Origin: an uncultured virus (IMG/VR IMGVR_UViG_3300041405_000400)
Lineage: Duplodnaviria > Heunggongvirae > Uroviricota > Caudoviricetes
Length of the DNA stretch: 64,000 nt
Direction: 5' to 3' (one strand)
Virus record (IMG/VR): IMGVR_UViG_3300041405_000400
Below the pieces are notes generated by a model that made no database searches, was not told the origin of the DNA, and saw nothing but the letters and a program-made list of their open reading frames with translations. Position numbers and translations under genes: made by a program. Below are positions 10,098-20,297 of the stretch, piece after piece; the stretch's first letter is position 1, and every line of letters begins with the position of its first letter.

Positions 10098-10252
10098 GGC
10101 TATCCCGACGAGTAATTTTATAAACGTCATATTATATGCCGCCGTACGTTTTTGTCAATGCAACTTACGCAAGTCTTTTCTGTAAATGGTATTGACATTT
10201 GTGTCGCGATTAGCTATTATTAGCCAATATTCTTCCAGCCCATGGATGCCTC

Positions 10253-11026
10253 ATGAAATTCTTGAAACCTGAACACATGCTCTTGCTTAATCAGTCGTGT
10301 GCTGACATTGATGGCATGATTCGCCTGACTGAGCGCATTCATGATCCGGAACAGCGGGAAAACATCGTGCGCAAGCTGGCCGACGCCAAGGATACCTTGG
10401 CGGCACAATACGGGGAGTTTGAGCAGGAGGATGGCTCGCTTCTGGTAAAGCACCCGGCCTTCTGCCTGATCTACATTGATGAGGATCTGCTCGATGAGCC
10501 GGTGAAATTGTTTTTCGCCAAGACCAAGGCGCTCAGCTCGATCAAAATCTCCGTTTACCGGGCGGATGCCCGCGTCCTGCCCAACGGTAACGTTACTTAC
10601 GAGCGACGTGAGCAGTTGGCTGGTGTGGAACTCACTCAGGAAGTGTTTTCAAAGTGGATTACGATCTCTGGCAGTGACCGTTTCCCGGCGACTATCCGAA
10701 ATTTTGCAGGTCAGAACCTGAGTTATCCAGGTGATGCCTCTGAGCAGTCGTCACGAATGCTGATGGACGCCGCCTACAAGGTGCCCGATGGCTTCGAAAA
10801 GTGGGGGCAGGACATTCTGAACATCGTCAGTGCCCGAGCGGCGAAAGGTGGTGCGATGAGCAAGTCGGCGCGTGATGAAATCCGTAATACAAGCAGTACG
10901 CTTGAGAGTTGGATGGCATCCAACCCGAATTTTTATGCCCGAGAACTGGCCAAGCACGTCACACAGGTGGCAAACAATATTGAAATGGAAGTCGTTGCCG
11001 CCAGCAAGCTTAAGGGAGAGAAATAA
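10253..11026 (+). CDS. hypothetical phage-type protein (paralogue of the next gene)
   Basis: 257 aa; own TTGACA..TATTAT promoter. Confidence 0.8.
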   Translation: MKFLKPEHMLLLNQSCADIDGMIRLTERIHDPEQRENIVRKLADAKDTLAAQYGEFEQEDGSLLVKHPAFCLIYIDEDLLDEPVKLFFAKTKALSSIKISVYRADARVLPNGNVTYERREQLAGVELTQEVFSKWITISGSDRFPATIRNFAGQNLSYPGDASEQSSRMLMDAAYKVPDGFEKWGQDILNIVSARAAKGGAMSKSARDEIRNTSSTLESWMASNPNFYARELAKHVTQVANNIEMEVVAASKLKGEK

Positions 11027-11940
11027 TGCTTTTTCAAACTGATCTTCGTGTTCTGGGCTTGACCGAGGACGAAGCAAATTTGCTGATTGGTGCTGCCAAT
11101 GATGCAATGGCTACAGTACGCACACACATCACGCCTCATCAAATGCGTGACGCGGAGTACGCTGACAAGGCGTTGACCGAAAAGGTTAATGGTGGGGTTA
11201 TTGAGGCGGCTGAAAAAGCTGAGCTTTTTTCGGCCTTCATGCTTCACAACCGGGACTGGGGTAATTTTTCCCCTCGCACCTTGGACGAAAGAGTTGTCCC
11301 TGGCGGTGATTCCTTTGTAGAGCACCCGAGTTTCGGCAGTATTGACCGCAGTATGTTCACCACCAATGCGCCGCGTGTATTCGGTTCGCCAAACACCAGC
11401 CGTAGTATGACCGGCCTGCGATTCCACCGGGGGATCGTTGAGGTGAGTGACAAGATGCTTTCAGCGCGTGAGCCTTATCTTCGTGAGGGTATGACCCTGC
11501 TGGAGCTGCACCTGTCGCTGGATCAGTTCTCTGGCCTGTTGCGTGACCGCCATAGTAATAGTCCCTGCGCATTGGAGCACTGGAACTATCGTTATCTCGA
11601 CGTTCCGCCTCGGATGCTGTCCACTTTCGACTCCGTTGAAGGGGTGGAAAAGCGTTCCATGGCTGTGTGCAAGCCGGTCATAGATGCAATCAGGTCGATG
11701 GGTGTCTATTTGTCCGAGAAGGCGAAAATCAGCACTCAGGCTGATTATGCTGAGCTTCAGGTATTGGCCAGGGCGATTCAGGATGCGCTCATTCAAGCTC
11801 GTGAGCCCATGCAGCAGGTGTTGAAAGATGCTGCTGGAACCTCGGCAGAAGCGGCGACCCGTCAGTTGATTGCTAATATCGCCGAGCCGCTCAAGGCACT
11901 TGGCATGGATGCAGACTCGCTACTGCTTCAGTTGAAATAG
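11026..11940 (+). CDS. hypothetical phage-type protein
   Basis: 304 aa; TAATG translational coupling. Confidence 0.8.
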   Translation: MLFQTDLRVLGLTEDEANLLIGAANDAMATVRTHITPHQMRDAEYADKALTEKVNGGVIEAAEKAELFSAFMLHNRDWGNFSPRTLDERVVPGGDSFVEHPSFGSIDRSMFTTNAPRVFGSPNTSRSMTGLRFHRGIVEVSDKMLSAREPYLREGMTLLELHLSLDQFSGLLRDRHSNSPCALEHWNYRYLDVPPRMLSTFDSVEGVEKRSMAVCKPVIDAIRSMGVYLSEKAKISTQADYAELQVLARAIQDALIQAREPMQQVLKDAAGTSAEAATRQLIANIAEPLKALGMDADSLLLQLK

Positions 11941-12110
11941 GTGTGAGTCAAGGGTAATTGTAAACAGCTTGCAGTTACCCTAAGCCTCAATTAATATCGT
12001 TAAAAGCTAGCAGATATGCTGAGTCTGTCATATCGTTGCTCGGTGCCTGAAACAATCTTGTGGCGCCTCACGTTTTCTTGATGTCAAATTAATCTATCCA
12101 AAGGTGCCTG

Positions 12111-13124
12111 ATGCGTCATATTGCTATTGCTGTGCTGGTCTCTGGTCTGCTTGCAGGCTGTGCTGTGAATCAACCTGAGCAAGTCCCCACCAATCCTGTA
12201 GTAACCCCTGTGGCTGCCCCTCAGGACGCCACAAGTAATCTGCCACAGGTCGCTGTCTCTGAGGCTGACGTTTTGCTTCAGGATGCTTACCGCGCCGAAG
12301 AGCGTAAGGACATGGAGTCGGCATTGCCGCTCTATGAGGAGTCTGCGCGAAAAGGCAGTGCAAAGGCACACTATGAGCTGGCCCGTCTCTATGCACAAGG
12401 CGCTGATGGCGTAGTTAAGGATCTGGCGGTGGCGAACCGTCATCTGATCGAAGCGTCCGGCATGGGTAATGATGAGGCTACGCGTGTTTTGGCGTGGCAG
12501 TACTTGCGAGGAGCCGGTGTTGAAAAAAATCAGGTAAAAGCAGTCGAGCTTTTTGATCAGGCGGCAAAAACCAGCCTGCGAGCACAGCGTGAAGCTGGCA
12601 TGCTGTACGTGAATGCCTACCCGCAATACGCGCTGAATGATTCGAAAAAGGGACTGTCGTACTTGCACACGGCTACTCAGGCCGGTGATGCCGAATCCGC
12701 TTTTTATCTGTACAAGACCGTTACACAAATGGGTGCTCCAACGAATGAGTCCGATGCGGCCCTCGTGATGGCGGTGCAAAAAGGCTATCCAAAGGCATTG
12801 TTTCTGGCGGGCAGCGTGGCTATGAAACAAGGCAAGTACGAGCAGGCCAGTCAGATCTACCTGAAGGCTGCCATGAATGATGATGCGGCATCCATGTACG
12901 AGTACGCGAACAACGTGCTGCTGAAGAAATTCAAATCCAATGAGCGCGAACTGGAAGCCTGCACATGGTTCGCCATTGCTGCATCAAAGAATAATGAAGC
13001 GTCGATCACTGAACTGGTGGCCCAGGCAGGCCTGCGTCGTATGCTGGAGAAAAAACAGCCTGGGCGACTCGACAACATGATTGCCAGCACCAAGCAGTTG
13101 ATTCGCCCGTGGAAAGCCGAATGA
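12111..13124 (+). CDS. Sel1-like repeat lipoprotein
   Basis: lipobox LAGC; SLR repeats (AHYELARLYAQG, LAWQYLRGAGVEKNQVKAVELF). Confidence 0.88.
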   Translation: MRHIAIAVLVSGLLAGCAVNQPEQVPTNPVVTPVAAPQDATSNLPQVAVSEADVLLQDAYRAEERKDMESALPLYEESARKGSAKAHYELARLYAQGADGVVKDLAVANRHLIEASGMGNDEATRVLAWQYLRGAGVEKNQVKAVELFDQAAKTSLRAQREAGMLYVNAYPQYALNDSKKGLSYLHTATQAGDAESAFYLYKTVTQMGAPTNESDAALVMAVQKGYPKALFLAGSVAMKQGKYEQASQIYLKAAMNDDAASMYEYANNVLLKKFKSNERELEACTWFAIAASKNNEASITELVAQAGLRRMLEKKQPGRLDNMIASTKQLIRPWKAE

Positions 13125-13406
13125 TAATGCTGTAACATAGTAACCAGAGCGCGCTTGAGCCTTCTCGCTCTTAAAAACCAGATAAGGCCCGCGTAGCACC
13201 TGTTGTCGGTCGGCTCGTAAAGGGCAAAAGGCAACCAGTTGGGCAGCGGCCAACTCTTAAATCCCGGACTTGTTCCGGGATTTTTGTTTGTGTACGTCCA
13301 GAATTGTGCATTTCGTTTGAAATGCACCGGAACTGTGTCATTGTGATTGACATCGACTCCGGGCCTGTATATAATTTGAAAATATTAAATATACCGAGCT
13401 AGACAA

Positions 13407-14258
13407 ATGAGCAGCATTCAGATTGCCAAAGACATGACGTATTTTAAAGTTGAGGTCGTTGGCCATCGTCTGGCTATGCAGCCCACTACAATCAAGCGCC
13501 TTTTGGCTAAGACGGATTCGTATTTCGACGATAAGGACCAGACGCTGTATTGCGTATTTCAGGAAGTCGATTCAAATGGGGTTGCAATCAACAAGTCCTT
13601 TCTTGAAGACATGCGCTTCTGGCGTATGAACGATATCGTGCGGGTATCCTCGGTCCATTTGTTTGATTCCCCTGAGCTGGCGGCGGCGTTTGCTGCTGCG
13701 CTGGATCTGGAGACATCTCAAAAGGTCGCTCGTATTCGAGACGATGCGATTGCCAACAATCTCATCTTGATCGAAGAGATGATTCCAGGCTTTGTTTTCC
13801 ATTGTGTACGTGTGATTCCCAGCATGTATCGCACGTATATCGAGTCCAATGAGGTCGTTTCATCTCCAACGCTCCATGAGGATGTTGGGTCATACTTTGT
13901 ATTGATTCGCGATCTTAAGACTGGTCATGAGGCCAGCCGTAGCCTGTGTGATATGTCTATTGGTGAGCTTAATTCTTACAACAAGCACCGAAGCTTCAGG
14001 CAGCTGATTGAAGCAGATGCTTATGTAGAAGAAGTAGCTAAAATTGACGCTTTGCCGGTGCCTGATCTTGCTCATTTGTGGTCATCGGTCCATGACCGTT
14101 TTTTTGAGCACACACGTTTCACAGCAATAGATCTTGATAAGCATGAATCACTCTCCTGCTTCATGCCACGAAGCGAGCGCCTTCCAAAGCGGCCACATGG
14201 AAAACGCGACTTTAAACAGAATCCCTCTCGCAATACGGGGCCAAAAGGTCGCTGGTAA
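13407..14258 (+). CDS. hypothetical protein
   Basis: 283 aa; TTGACA-17-TATAAT promoter; flanked by similar terminators. Confidence 0.8.
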   Translation: MSSIQIAKDMTYFKVEVVGHRLAMQPTTIKRLLAKTDSYFDDKDQTLYCVFQEVDSNGVAINKSFLEDMRFWRMNDIVRVSSVHLFDSPELAAAFAAALDLETSQKVARIRDDAIANNLILIEEMIPGFVFHCVRVIPSMYRTYIESNEVVSSPTLHEDVGSYFVLIRDLKTGHEASRSLCDMSIGELNSYNKHRSFRQLIEADAYVEEVAKIDALPVPDLAHLWSSVHDRFFEHTRFTAIDLDKHESLSCFMPRSERLPKRPHGKRDFKQNPSRNTGPKGRW

Positions 14259-14315
14259 ACGCCGGTCAATGCTTGTTGCTAAATCCCGGACAGTGTTCCG
14301 GGATTTTTGTGTTGA

Positions 14316-14948
14316 CTAGGGGGCTGGGCTTTGGGTTTTGTTGTTGGCCTGGGCCTGATAGACCTGCACGTTGTTTCTGATGTCGATATTGGTTTTCAGT
14401 GCCGCAATCAGACTTGGCGATCCACCATCTACATTGTGTCGCAAAGCGGAGTCCTTGGCTTGCTGCTTGGCGCTCTCAAGGTTGTCGGAAAAATGCCATG
14501 GGCTTTTCACGTCATTCTCGTAGTCACGCCATCTCCATGCCCACGTAGTAACCTCTCCGAGCACAGCGGGTTTTTCTCCGTTTTTGCCGGTTGGAAGATT
14601 GGTGTCATAGACCTCTCGGGTATCATCAAATATTCCGTGTTTAAGTTGGAAGCTGGGTTTTTTGTCATTTTCGAACTGATAACAGACAAAAATGTCCTTC
14701 TGTATCACTAGTTCCCAGTTTGTCTTGGGCTTTCCGTCTTCGTGAAGAATGGCATCAGCGTAATGCTTAAGGAAGGCGACACCACCCCTGTGGTTCCGCA
14801 TGCTCGTGTACATATCGGCTTGTGGCTTGGTGAACAGACCTGCTTCTCCAGGATCATCAGTCAGGCTGTCTTCGTCTTGCTTAAGATAGCCTTTATCCTG
14901 ATTGTTCCACAGTAAAAACGCGTTTTTAATCGGTAGCGTGATGCTCAT
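14316..14948 (-). CDS. hypothetical protein
   Basis: AGGAG RBS. Confidence 0.75.
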   Translation of the reverse strand: MSITLPIKNAFLLWNNQDKGYLKQDEDSLTDDPGEAGLFTKPQADMYTSMRNHRGGVAFLKHYADAILHEDGKPKTNWELVIQKDIFVCYQFENDKKPSFQLKHGIFDDTREVYDTNLPTGKNGEKPAVLGEVTTWAWRWRDYENDVKSPWHFSDNLESAKQQAKDSALRHNVDGGSPSLIAALKTNIDIRNNVQVYQAQANNKTQSPAP

Positions 14949-15095
14949 TTTTTTACTCCTGTTTGGACTATTATACAATAAATAGCCTATCGAATACGCT
15001 GGAAGCGGATACTAACTATGGATGCCTGAACTCGCATTGACATTTATTGGTTATTATTGTATATTTGAGTAAATATCAATCCGTGGATTTTTACC

Positions 15096-15533
15096 ATGCC
15101 AAGCGACAGTACATTGCCTCTTTCTGATGGTCAGTTTTTCAAAATAGTGGAGATGCTTGCAGAGGTAGCCAAGGCTGCACATTATCTCTGTGAAGACTCG
15201 CTCGAAAATGAGCATGGCACAATTGAAGCAGACAGCAAGGGCTGGGAAACCCTCAGTGAGAAGCTGGATCAACTGGATACCCTGCCAGAAATTGACGATG
15301 GTTATGTGCGTGATGGTTGGCTGCGGGCGCTGAAACACCTTCAGCAGCTGAAGATTGTTGGTTACGCAGTTAAATTGCGGGATGGCAAAATTGAACAACG
15401 TGGGCCGTATCTAGAGGCTGCTCAGCAATATGCTGATGCCTGGAATGCGGGTGTTGAAGACAATAAGGCTCGGGTGATCGAAGTGTACGCCTATGACCCT
15501 GTTATCGTTCCAGATAAAGTGACCAGTGAATGA
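15096..15533 (+). CDS. hypothetical protein
   Basis: first gene of a coupled run. Confidence 0.75.
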   Translation: MPSDSTLPLSDGQFFKIVEMLAEVAKAAHYLCEDSLENEHGTIEADSKGWETLSEKLDQLDTLPEIDDGYVRDGWLRALKHLQQLKIVGYAVKLRDGKIEQRGPYLEAAQQYADAWNAGVEDNKARVIEVYAYDPVIVPDKVTSE

Positions 15534-16015
15534 GACACTCCTATCACAGCAACAACCATGTTGACTGGTCTAAAGCGCCGCAAGAGGCTGTTGGTGTCAT
15601 GCTTGGCCCCTGCATCACCCGGCAAGGTTTTGATGGGAAGTACACCCATTGTGAACAGGTTTTTGTCTATTCCTATCCATACCAGGAATTTGATTATCAC
15701 AAGGTTGAAAATCAGTATGGTGAGATTTCCGGGTTTGGCGTTCGGGTTTGGTCTTTCCGGCCTCATCCTGACTTCGCCAAGCGTATTGGCCAGATCCCCG
15801 GCAATGCCGAGTACATGAACCGTGCAAACGGTATGCTTTATCGTAAAAACCCTCAGGCCCCTCATTCTGACCATGCTAAGGCTGAACGCCTTGAATTGTG
15901 TTGGCAAGGTCATACCGGCGCTTGGGTGGACACCTCAATGGCCAATGTGGCATTGGATTTTAACAGCAATAAATACGAGAAATTCCCTCAGGCGTTAATC
16001 CATGATGTCGCTTGA
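15530..16015 (+). CDS. hypothetical protein
   Basis: ATGA overlap with the previous gene. Confidence 0.7.
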   Translation: MRHSYHSNNHVDWSKAPQEAVGVMLGPCITRQGFDGKYTHCEQVFVYSYPYQEFDYHKVENQYGEISGFGVRVWSFRPHPDFAKRIGQIPGNAEYMNRANGMLYRKNPQAPHSDHAKAERLELCWQGHTGAWVDTSMANVALDFNSNKYEKFPQALIHDVA

Positions 16016-16351
16016 GCAGGAATTGCAATCCTATTTGGTACTTCCAGCCGACTGGGACGGCTATGGCGGTGTGTCCGCCCCAAAGGGCCTAGTTGACCTC
16101 TGGTGACGCCCTGCCCTCGCCCATGGTGGCCGGTGACGGTGAGGTGTCGCTTTATTGGGGTCGGTCTGTATCTGGAGGTATCTTTTCCTGGGGATTCGAC
16201 TTGTCACTTCATTGCCGCTTCTGAAAAAGAGCGTTATGGCTGTGATGATCTCAGCATTACTGAGGCGGCTCGGGATTCGAGGTTTTTGAGGTATTACTCG
16301 CTCGCACAGAAAACAATTATTGAAAGGCGTGTCAATGAAACGAATTTCTGA
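16002..16351 (+). pseudogene. frameshifted WDGYG-motif hypothetical gene
   Basis: three consecutive frames give LPADWDGYGG / LPSPMVAGDGEVSLYW / GLYLEVSFPGD. Confidence 0.65.
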
Positions 16352-16646
16352 TGGAATTATTGAGTGTCCCAATACCGGGATCTGTAAAATCGATATTGAT
16401 AAAATTTGCCAAGCATTTCGTGAATCGTCACTGATTTCTGAGTATGACGGTGAGTTTAGACTGTATGACTACACGCCTGTCAGAATGCTTCAGCGTACAA
16501 AAATAACCATTTCTCAACGTGACGCAGAGACGATCATCGCTCAACTAAGCTTGTTGAAATGTCAAGACGGTGTGTTTGGCAAGGCTTTTAAGTACGTATT
16601 GACGCATAAAATGATTAGAAACACGTATAAGAAAAAGAAGGCTTGA
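16335..16646 (+). CDS. hypothetical protein
   Basis: ORF with AAGG RBS. Confidence 0.65.
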   Translation: MKRISDGIIECPNTGICKIDIDKICQAFRESSLISEYDGEFRLYDYTPVRMLQRTKITISQRDAETIIAQLSLLKCQDGVFGKAFKYVLTHKMIRNTYKKKKA

Positions 16647-16663
16647 TAAACCTTCCTATGTAC

Positions 16664-16837
16664 TTACACCTCTGAGTCCTTCTGCTCATCTATTTCTTTG
16701 AGTCGCATGCGTATGAACGCTCTGCGTTGCTCGCCAGTAAGTCCAGATGGAAATGAAATTGTAGGGCCACTCATGGCCTCTTTCATTTTCTCAAGATCGA
16801 AATTAAAGGTGTATTCGGCGTCTGTATTAGCAGTCAT
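16664..16837 (-). CDS. small hypothetical protein (FNFDLEKMKEA motif)
   Basis: ATG at 16837; upstream TATAA promoter-like sequence. Confidence 0.65.
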   Translation of the reverse strand: MTANTDAEYTFNFDLEKMKEAMSGPTISFPSGLTGEQRRAFIRMRLKEIDEQKDSEV

Positions 16838-16919
16838 TTGATATCCGTCACATTGATTTTTGTTTATAATGACAACAGATATTCTTAATTGCAAGCCAAT
16901 ACCCATGAGGAACTAAACA

Positions 16920-17369
16920 ATGTGGCAATCAATAATGATCCTGGGCCAAGATCACTGGCAGATCAATCTTGTTATCAACACACATGAAACTGAAGACGAG
17001 GCTATTCTCTGCGCCAGCAAGGGAAGATTCTCACCGCGACTGGTGATTCATGGTGACGATTACGCGTTGGAAATCCAGGTCGATGGTGTTAGCAAATACT
17101 ATCGAGACAAAGATATTGTAGTGACGGAAATTTCCAAAGAAAAACGAGCGGTGTTGGGAATGCCGCTCGACCCATCCAATGCTGAGGACTTCAAGCAGAT
17201 TCAGGCATCCATGGATGCAATTGAGACAGGAGAGGATCATCCTCGCATCGTCACGGAAGCAGATATGGTGCCCTCTACTATCCGCTTGGAGCATCTCATT
17301 ATCATGAACGGTGTCGGGAGTTCCATTGATCACCTCGCTTGGGGCGTTGATCCTGCCCCTCAAGCCTGA
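16920..17369 (+). CDS. hypothetical protein
   Basis: GAGGA RBS. Confidence 0.7.
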   Translation: MWQSIMILGQDHWQINLVINTHETEDEAILCASKGRFSPRLVIHGDDYALEIQVDGVSKYYRDKDIVVTEISKEKRAVLGMPLDPSNAEDFKQIQASMDAIETGEDHPRIVTEADMVPSTIRLEHLIIMNGVGSSIDHLAWGVDPAPQA

Positions 17370-17391
17370 ACAAAAATAAGGACTCTAATTC

Positions 17392-17844
17392 TTGCCACTT
17401 CTCCAATCGATTGACAGCGATCACTACGGAGCCTATCAGGCCCTTTGTGTCGGAATTGTAGACTATGGAAAATTGCTGCGAACTATGGGTGTTTCGGAGT
17501 ATGAGCGGTGGTATTGGCGCTATGGCCCTCCTAAGTACTTTAGCGCCTTTACGTCAGTTACTTTGTATGATTACTTGGACAGCGACGGAAAATCCATGCA
17601 CCTCGACCGTATAGCTATCTTTGTACCTACCAAAGAGGCGAATAAAGAATGGGATTCCAGAAATACTGCCTATGGACGGGCCATTGGCGACAAGCGAAAA
17701 AGACCATTCCCATTGAGCACAAGAGCTAAGGATATCGAAAAATGGCAAGCCAGTCTTCCGGCTGGAATATTGTTGCCTGAGTGGATGATAGAGTGTTCGA
17801 CTGTCGAAGAACTCCGAATTGCCGACAGGAAAGCGCACGAATGA
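17392..17844 (+). CDS. hypothetical protein
   Basis: TTG start after AAGGA. Confidence 0.6.
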   Translation: MPLLQSIDSDHYGAYQALCVGIVDYGKLLRTMGVSEYERWYWRYGPPKYFSAFTSVTLYDYLDSDGKSMHLDRIAIFVPTKEANKEWDSRNTAYGRAIGDKRKRPFPLSTRAKDIEKWQASLPAGILLPEWMIECSTVEELRIADRKAHE

Positions 17845-18131
17845 AGACAGCCAATCAGAGGTATCGATCCTCGAAGCCCTATCGGCTACGCTGGATTCTT
17901 CGTGAGTTGAATAAAGCAGGCCCAATCAGAGGTGATGATCAAGGTTTTGTGCAGGCGTTTGCTGAAGCGTGTTGTGCCAAGATTGAAGGCGCGGCCAGTC
18001 GTGCTAGATGTAGTCTACTCGATACCTATTTTCGGTATCTTCACAGCCAGGGGCAAATAAAGCGAGACATGCAATGTGAGGCCACCAATGATGGGAAAAT
18101 GCTGATTCATTGGTGGTACTCCTCAATATAG
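17841..18131 (+). CDS. hypothetical protein
   Basis: ATGA overlap. Confidence 0.6.
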   Translation: MKTANQRYRSSKPYRLRWILRELNKAGPIRGDDQGFVQAFAEACCAKIEGAASRARCSLLDTYFRYLHSQGQIKRDMQCEATNDGKMLIHWWYSSI

Positions 18132-18150
18132 TTCTTTGAAGAAGTATGGA

Positions 18151-19122
18151 TTATTTCTGTGCTGGGGGGTATTCAAAGTCAAGAGGGCTGCCTTCATTCT
18201 TTTTGTTGAATAATAAAGTACGTAGTTCGCTTCTCTTTGTTGGCAGATTCAGCCAATTTATATTCGTGTAAATCTCTTCTATCTCGCTCAGAAATTCAAA
18301 TTGATGTTTTACATGGTCTGCATCATTTTTAAACTCTTTCAGGTGATTTTGTACGTCAAGAAAAATATCTAACAGTTCTTCAAATGGTTTTCCGCGATTT
18401 GCATTCATATTTATATCGGCAATTTGTGTGTTGCGATAATAAACGCTCAAGTATGGAATTTGATTTCCATTTAGCCTAGTTGTAATGAACATTTTTTTAT
18501 TTATCTGAATAAAACTATGCTCTTTGAATTCGTTTAAAAATACATCCCTCATGCATTCGGTTAGCTCAGATACAATCTTTTTCCATTCCAAAACGGAGAA
18601 GTCATAAACATGAATGTTGTTCTCTCCAAAACGAACAAAATCAGAAATTCTTTCATTATAAAATGTCGCCAGATAAGAAAGTGAATCAATTTGTTCCTCT
18701 GTAAATTCAAATGGGTTTGAATTATCGTAAGTAAATGCAAACGCACGCGACAATCGAGATACCGCTTTTCCATCACCACTTCTGAATATTTTTTCTAAAG
18801 CAGATTGAAGATAAATTTCAACTTCTTTGGACATGGGGCGTAAACTAGCCTGACCAACCCTGTAAATAATGGAAGGTATGTGTCCAGCTAACACGCATGC
18901 ATCAAGTTCTTCTATTGGAATAATGTAGCCATATTTATAATAATCAACCATCTGATTAACGTGGGACACCAGCGCATGATCCTCTGCATCAAGGATTTCT
19001 TTCGATGAGACTATGTTGTGCTTGGTAGTTATTAGAGCATGCTCCAGATCTTCCATGTCGCATGTTTTATAAAATTCAGAGTGAAATGTAGTTAACAATC
19101 GTTTTACAGATGGAGATTTCAT
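18151..19122 (-). CDS. AT-rich hypothetical protein (paralogue of 19197..20114)
   Basis: AAGGA RBS; shared YKYGY...CVLxGxI and WLNLP motifs. Confidence 0.85.
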   Translation of the reverse strand: MKSPSVKRLLTTFHSEFYKTCDMEDLEHALITTKHNIVSSKEILDAEDHALVSHVNQMVDYYKYGYIIPIEELDACVLAGHIPSIIYRVGQASLRPMSKEVEIYLQSALEKIFRSGDGKAVSRLSRAFAFTYDNSNPFEFTEEQIDSLSYLATFYNERISDFVRFGENNIHVYDFSVLEWKKIVSELTECMRDVFLNEFKEHSFIQINKKMFITTRLNGNQIPYLSVYYRNTQIADINMNANRGKPFEELLDIFLDVQNHLKEFKNDADHVKHQFEFLSEIEEIYTNINWLNLPTKRSELRTLLFNKKNEGSPLDFEYPPAQK

Positions 19123-19196
19123 TTATTTGTCCTTTGTTTTTATTGTAAAGTGATAAGGCGAAGTCCTTCACGGCTTCGCCTCTTATCGGGAATAAA

Positions 19197-20114
19197 TTAT
19201 TCAGGTCGAAACAGAGTCGCTATTATGTCCCTATCCGTTGCAGGCAAATTTAGCCAATCGACGTGTGGGTTTTTGGGTTCAAGTTCACTCACAAAATATA
19301 TTTTGGGCTCAGCATTCGCTGTCGCCTTTGTATGTTCTGCCAAATATATTTTTATTCGTCCTATTATGTCTGTAAGTTCATGAGCATACGGGTCGGTTAA
19401 ATCGATTGATATTCTCACGAGCCTGTGGCCCTTGAAGTAAATTTCAAGTTGATCTTCCCATACTCTTAAATAGAGAATTTTATTTACGTCATAACTTTTA
19501 GCCGCTACTTCATTGAGAGCATTTTCTCGAAGTGCCTGAAAAAGAGTTATGACAAACAATCTCCAATCAGAAACGGACATCTGATCAACATGTACGTAGG
19601 TCTCACCAATCAGTATTTCGGTAATCCCTTTTTCATAAGATTCTGCTGCGGTTGCAATTTTCTCACTATTTTCTTGCGAAAGATTTAAAGCGTTCCCCTC
19701 ATAATCAATTGAATTCGTTAGGATGTATGACAGTCTGTTTATAATTTTTTTGTTATTACTTTTAAAAATTTTTGACATGGATTCTTTAATAGATTCCACT
19801 ATTTCTGGAGTCAGATGATCACATTTTGAATTCCTAATTGCATAATCAATTGCGGAGATGTACCCGCTCAGTACGCATCTATCCAATAGGTCGGCTGGAA
19901 ATGAATAACCGTATTTGTAAAAATTCACCCGATTACGAGCGTAGATCAAAAACACCTTATCTTCTTCATCAAGCTCCTCGCCACTTGAGGCAATATCTTC
20001 TTCAACGGTGTTGATTGCTCTTTCTAGGAAATCAAGGTCAAAATTTTCATAATATTGTGGATATATCTGATCTTTTAATATTTTCACTCGTTTAGATATC
20101 ATGTGCAGCTCCAT
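19197..20114 (-). CDS. AT-rich hypothetical protein (paralogue of 18151..19122)
   Basis: 305 aa; shared motifs. Confidence 0.85.
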   Translation of the reverse strand: MELHMISKRVKILKDQIYPQYYENFDLDFLERAINTVEEDIASSGEELDEEDKVFLIYARNRVNFYKYGYSFPADLLDRCVLSGYISAIDYAIRNSKCDHLTPEIVESIKESMSKIFKSNNKKIINRLSYILTNSIDYEGNALNLSQENSEKIATAAESYEKGITEILIGETYVHVDQMSVSDWRLFVITLFQALRENALNEVAAKSYDVNKILYLRVWEDQLEIYFKGHRLVRISIDLTDPYAHELTDIIGRIKIYLAEHTKATANAEPKIYFVSELEPKNPHVDWLNLPATDRDIIATLFRPE

Positions 20115-20297
20115 TTTTTAGGTTAAATTATATACCTCATTAGAAAGACTGCGCAATGCGCAAAGGGGCCAGCGGTGCCCCCTCCTTTATTCTCTTGTCC
20201 TCTTACCCTCTTACCCTCCGATTTTGTCATTTTGATTGACAGCCATCTTGCATATGGTTATAATTTCACCATAAACAAACAACTCACCGGATAGAAA

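Noticed and set aside
20190..20220. Short CTCTTACC tandem repeat as iterons
   Set aside because: Only 2-3 short copies and no rep gene nearby
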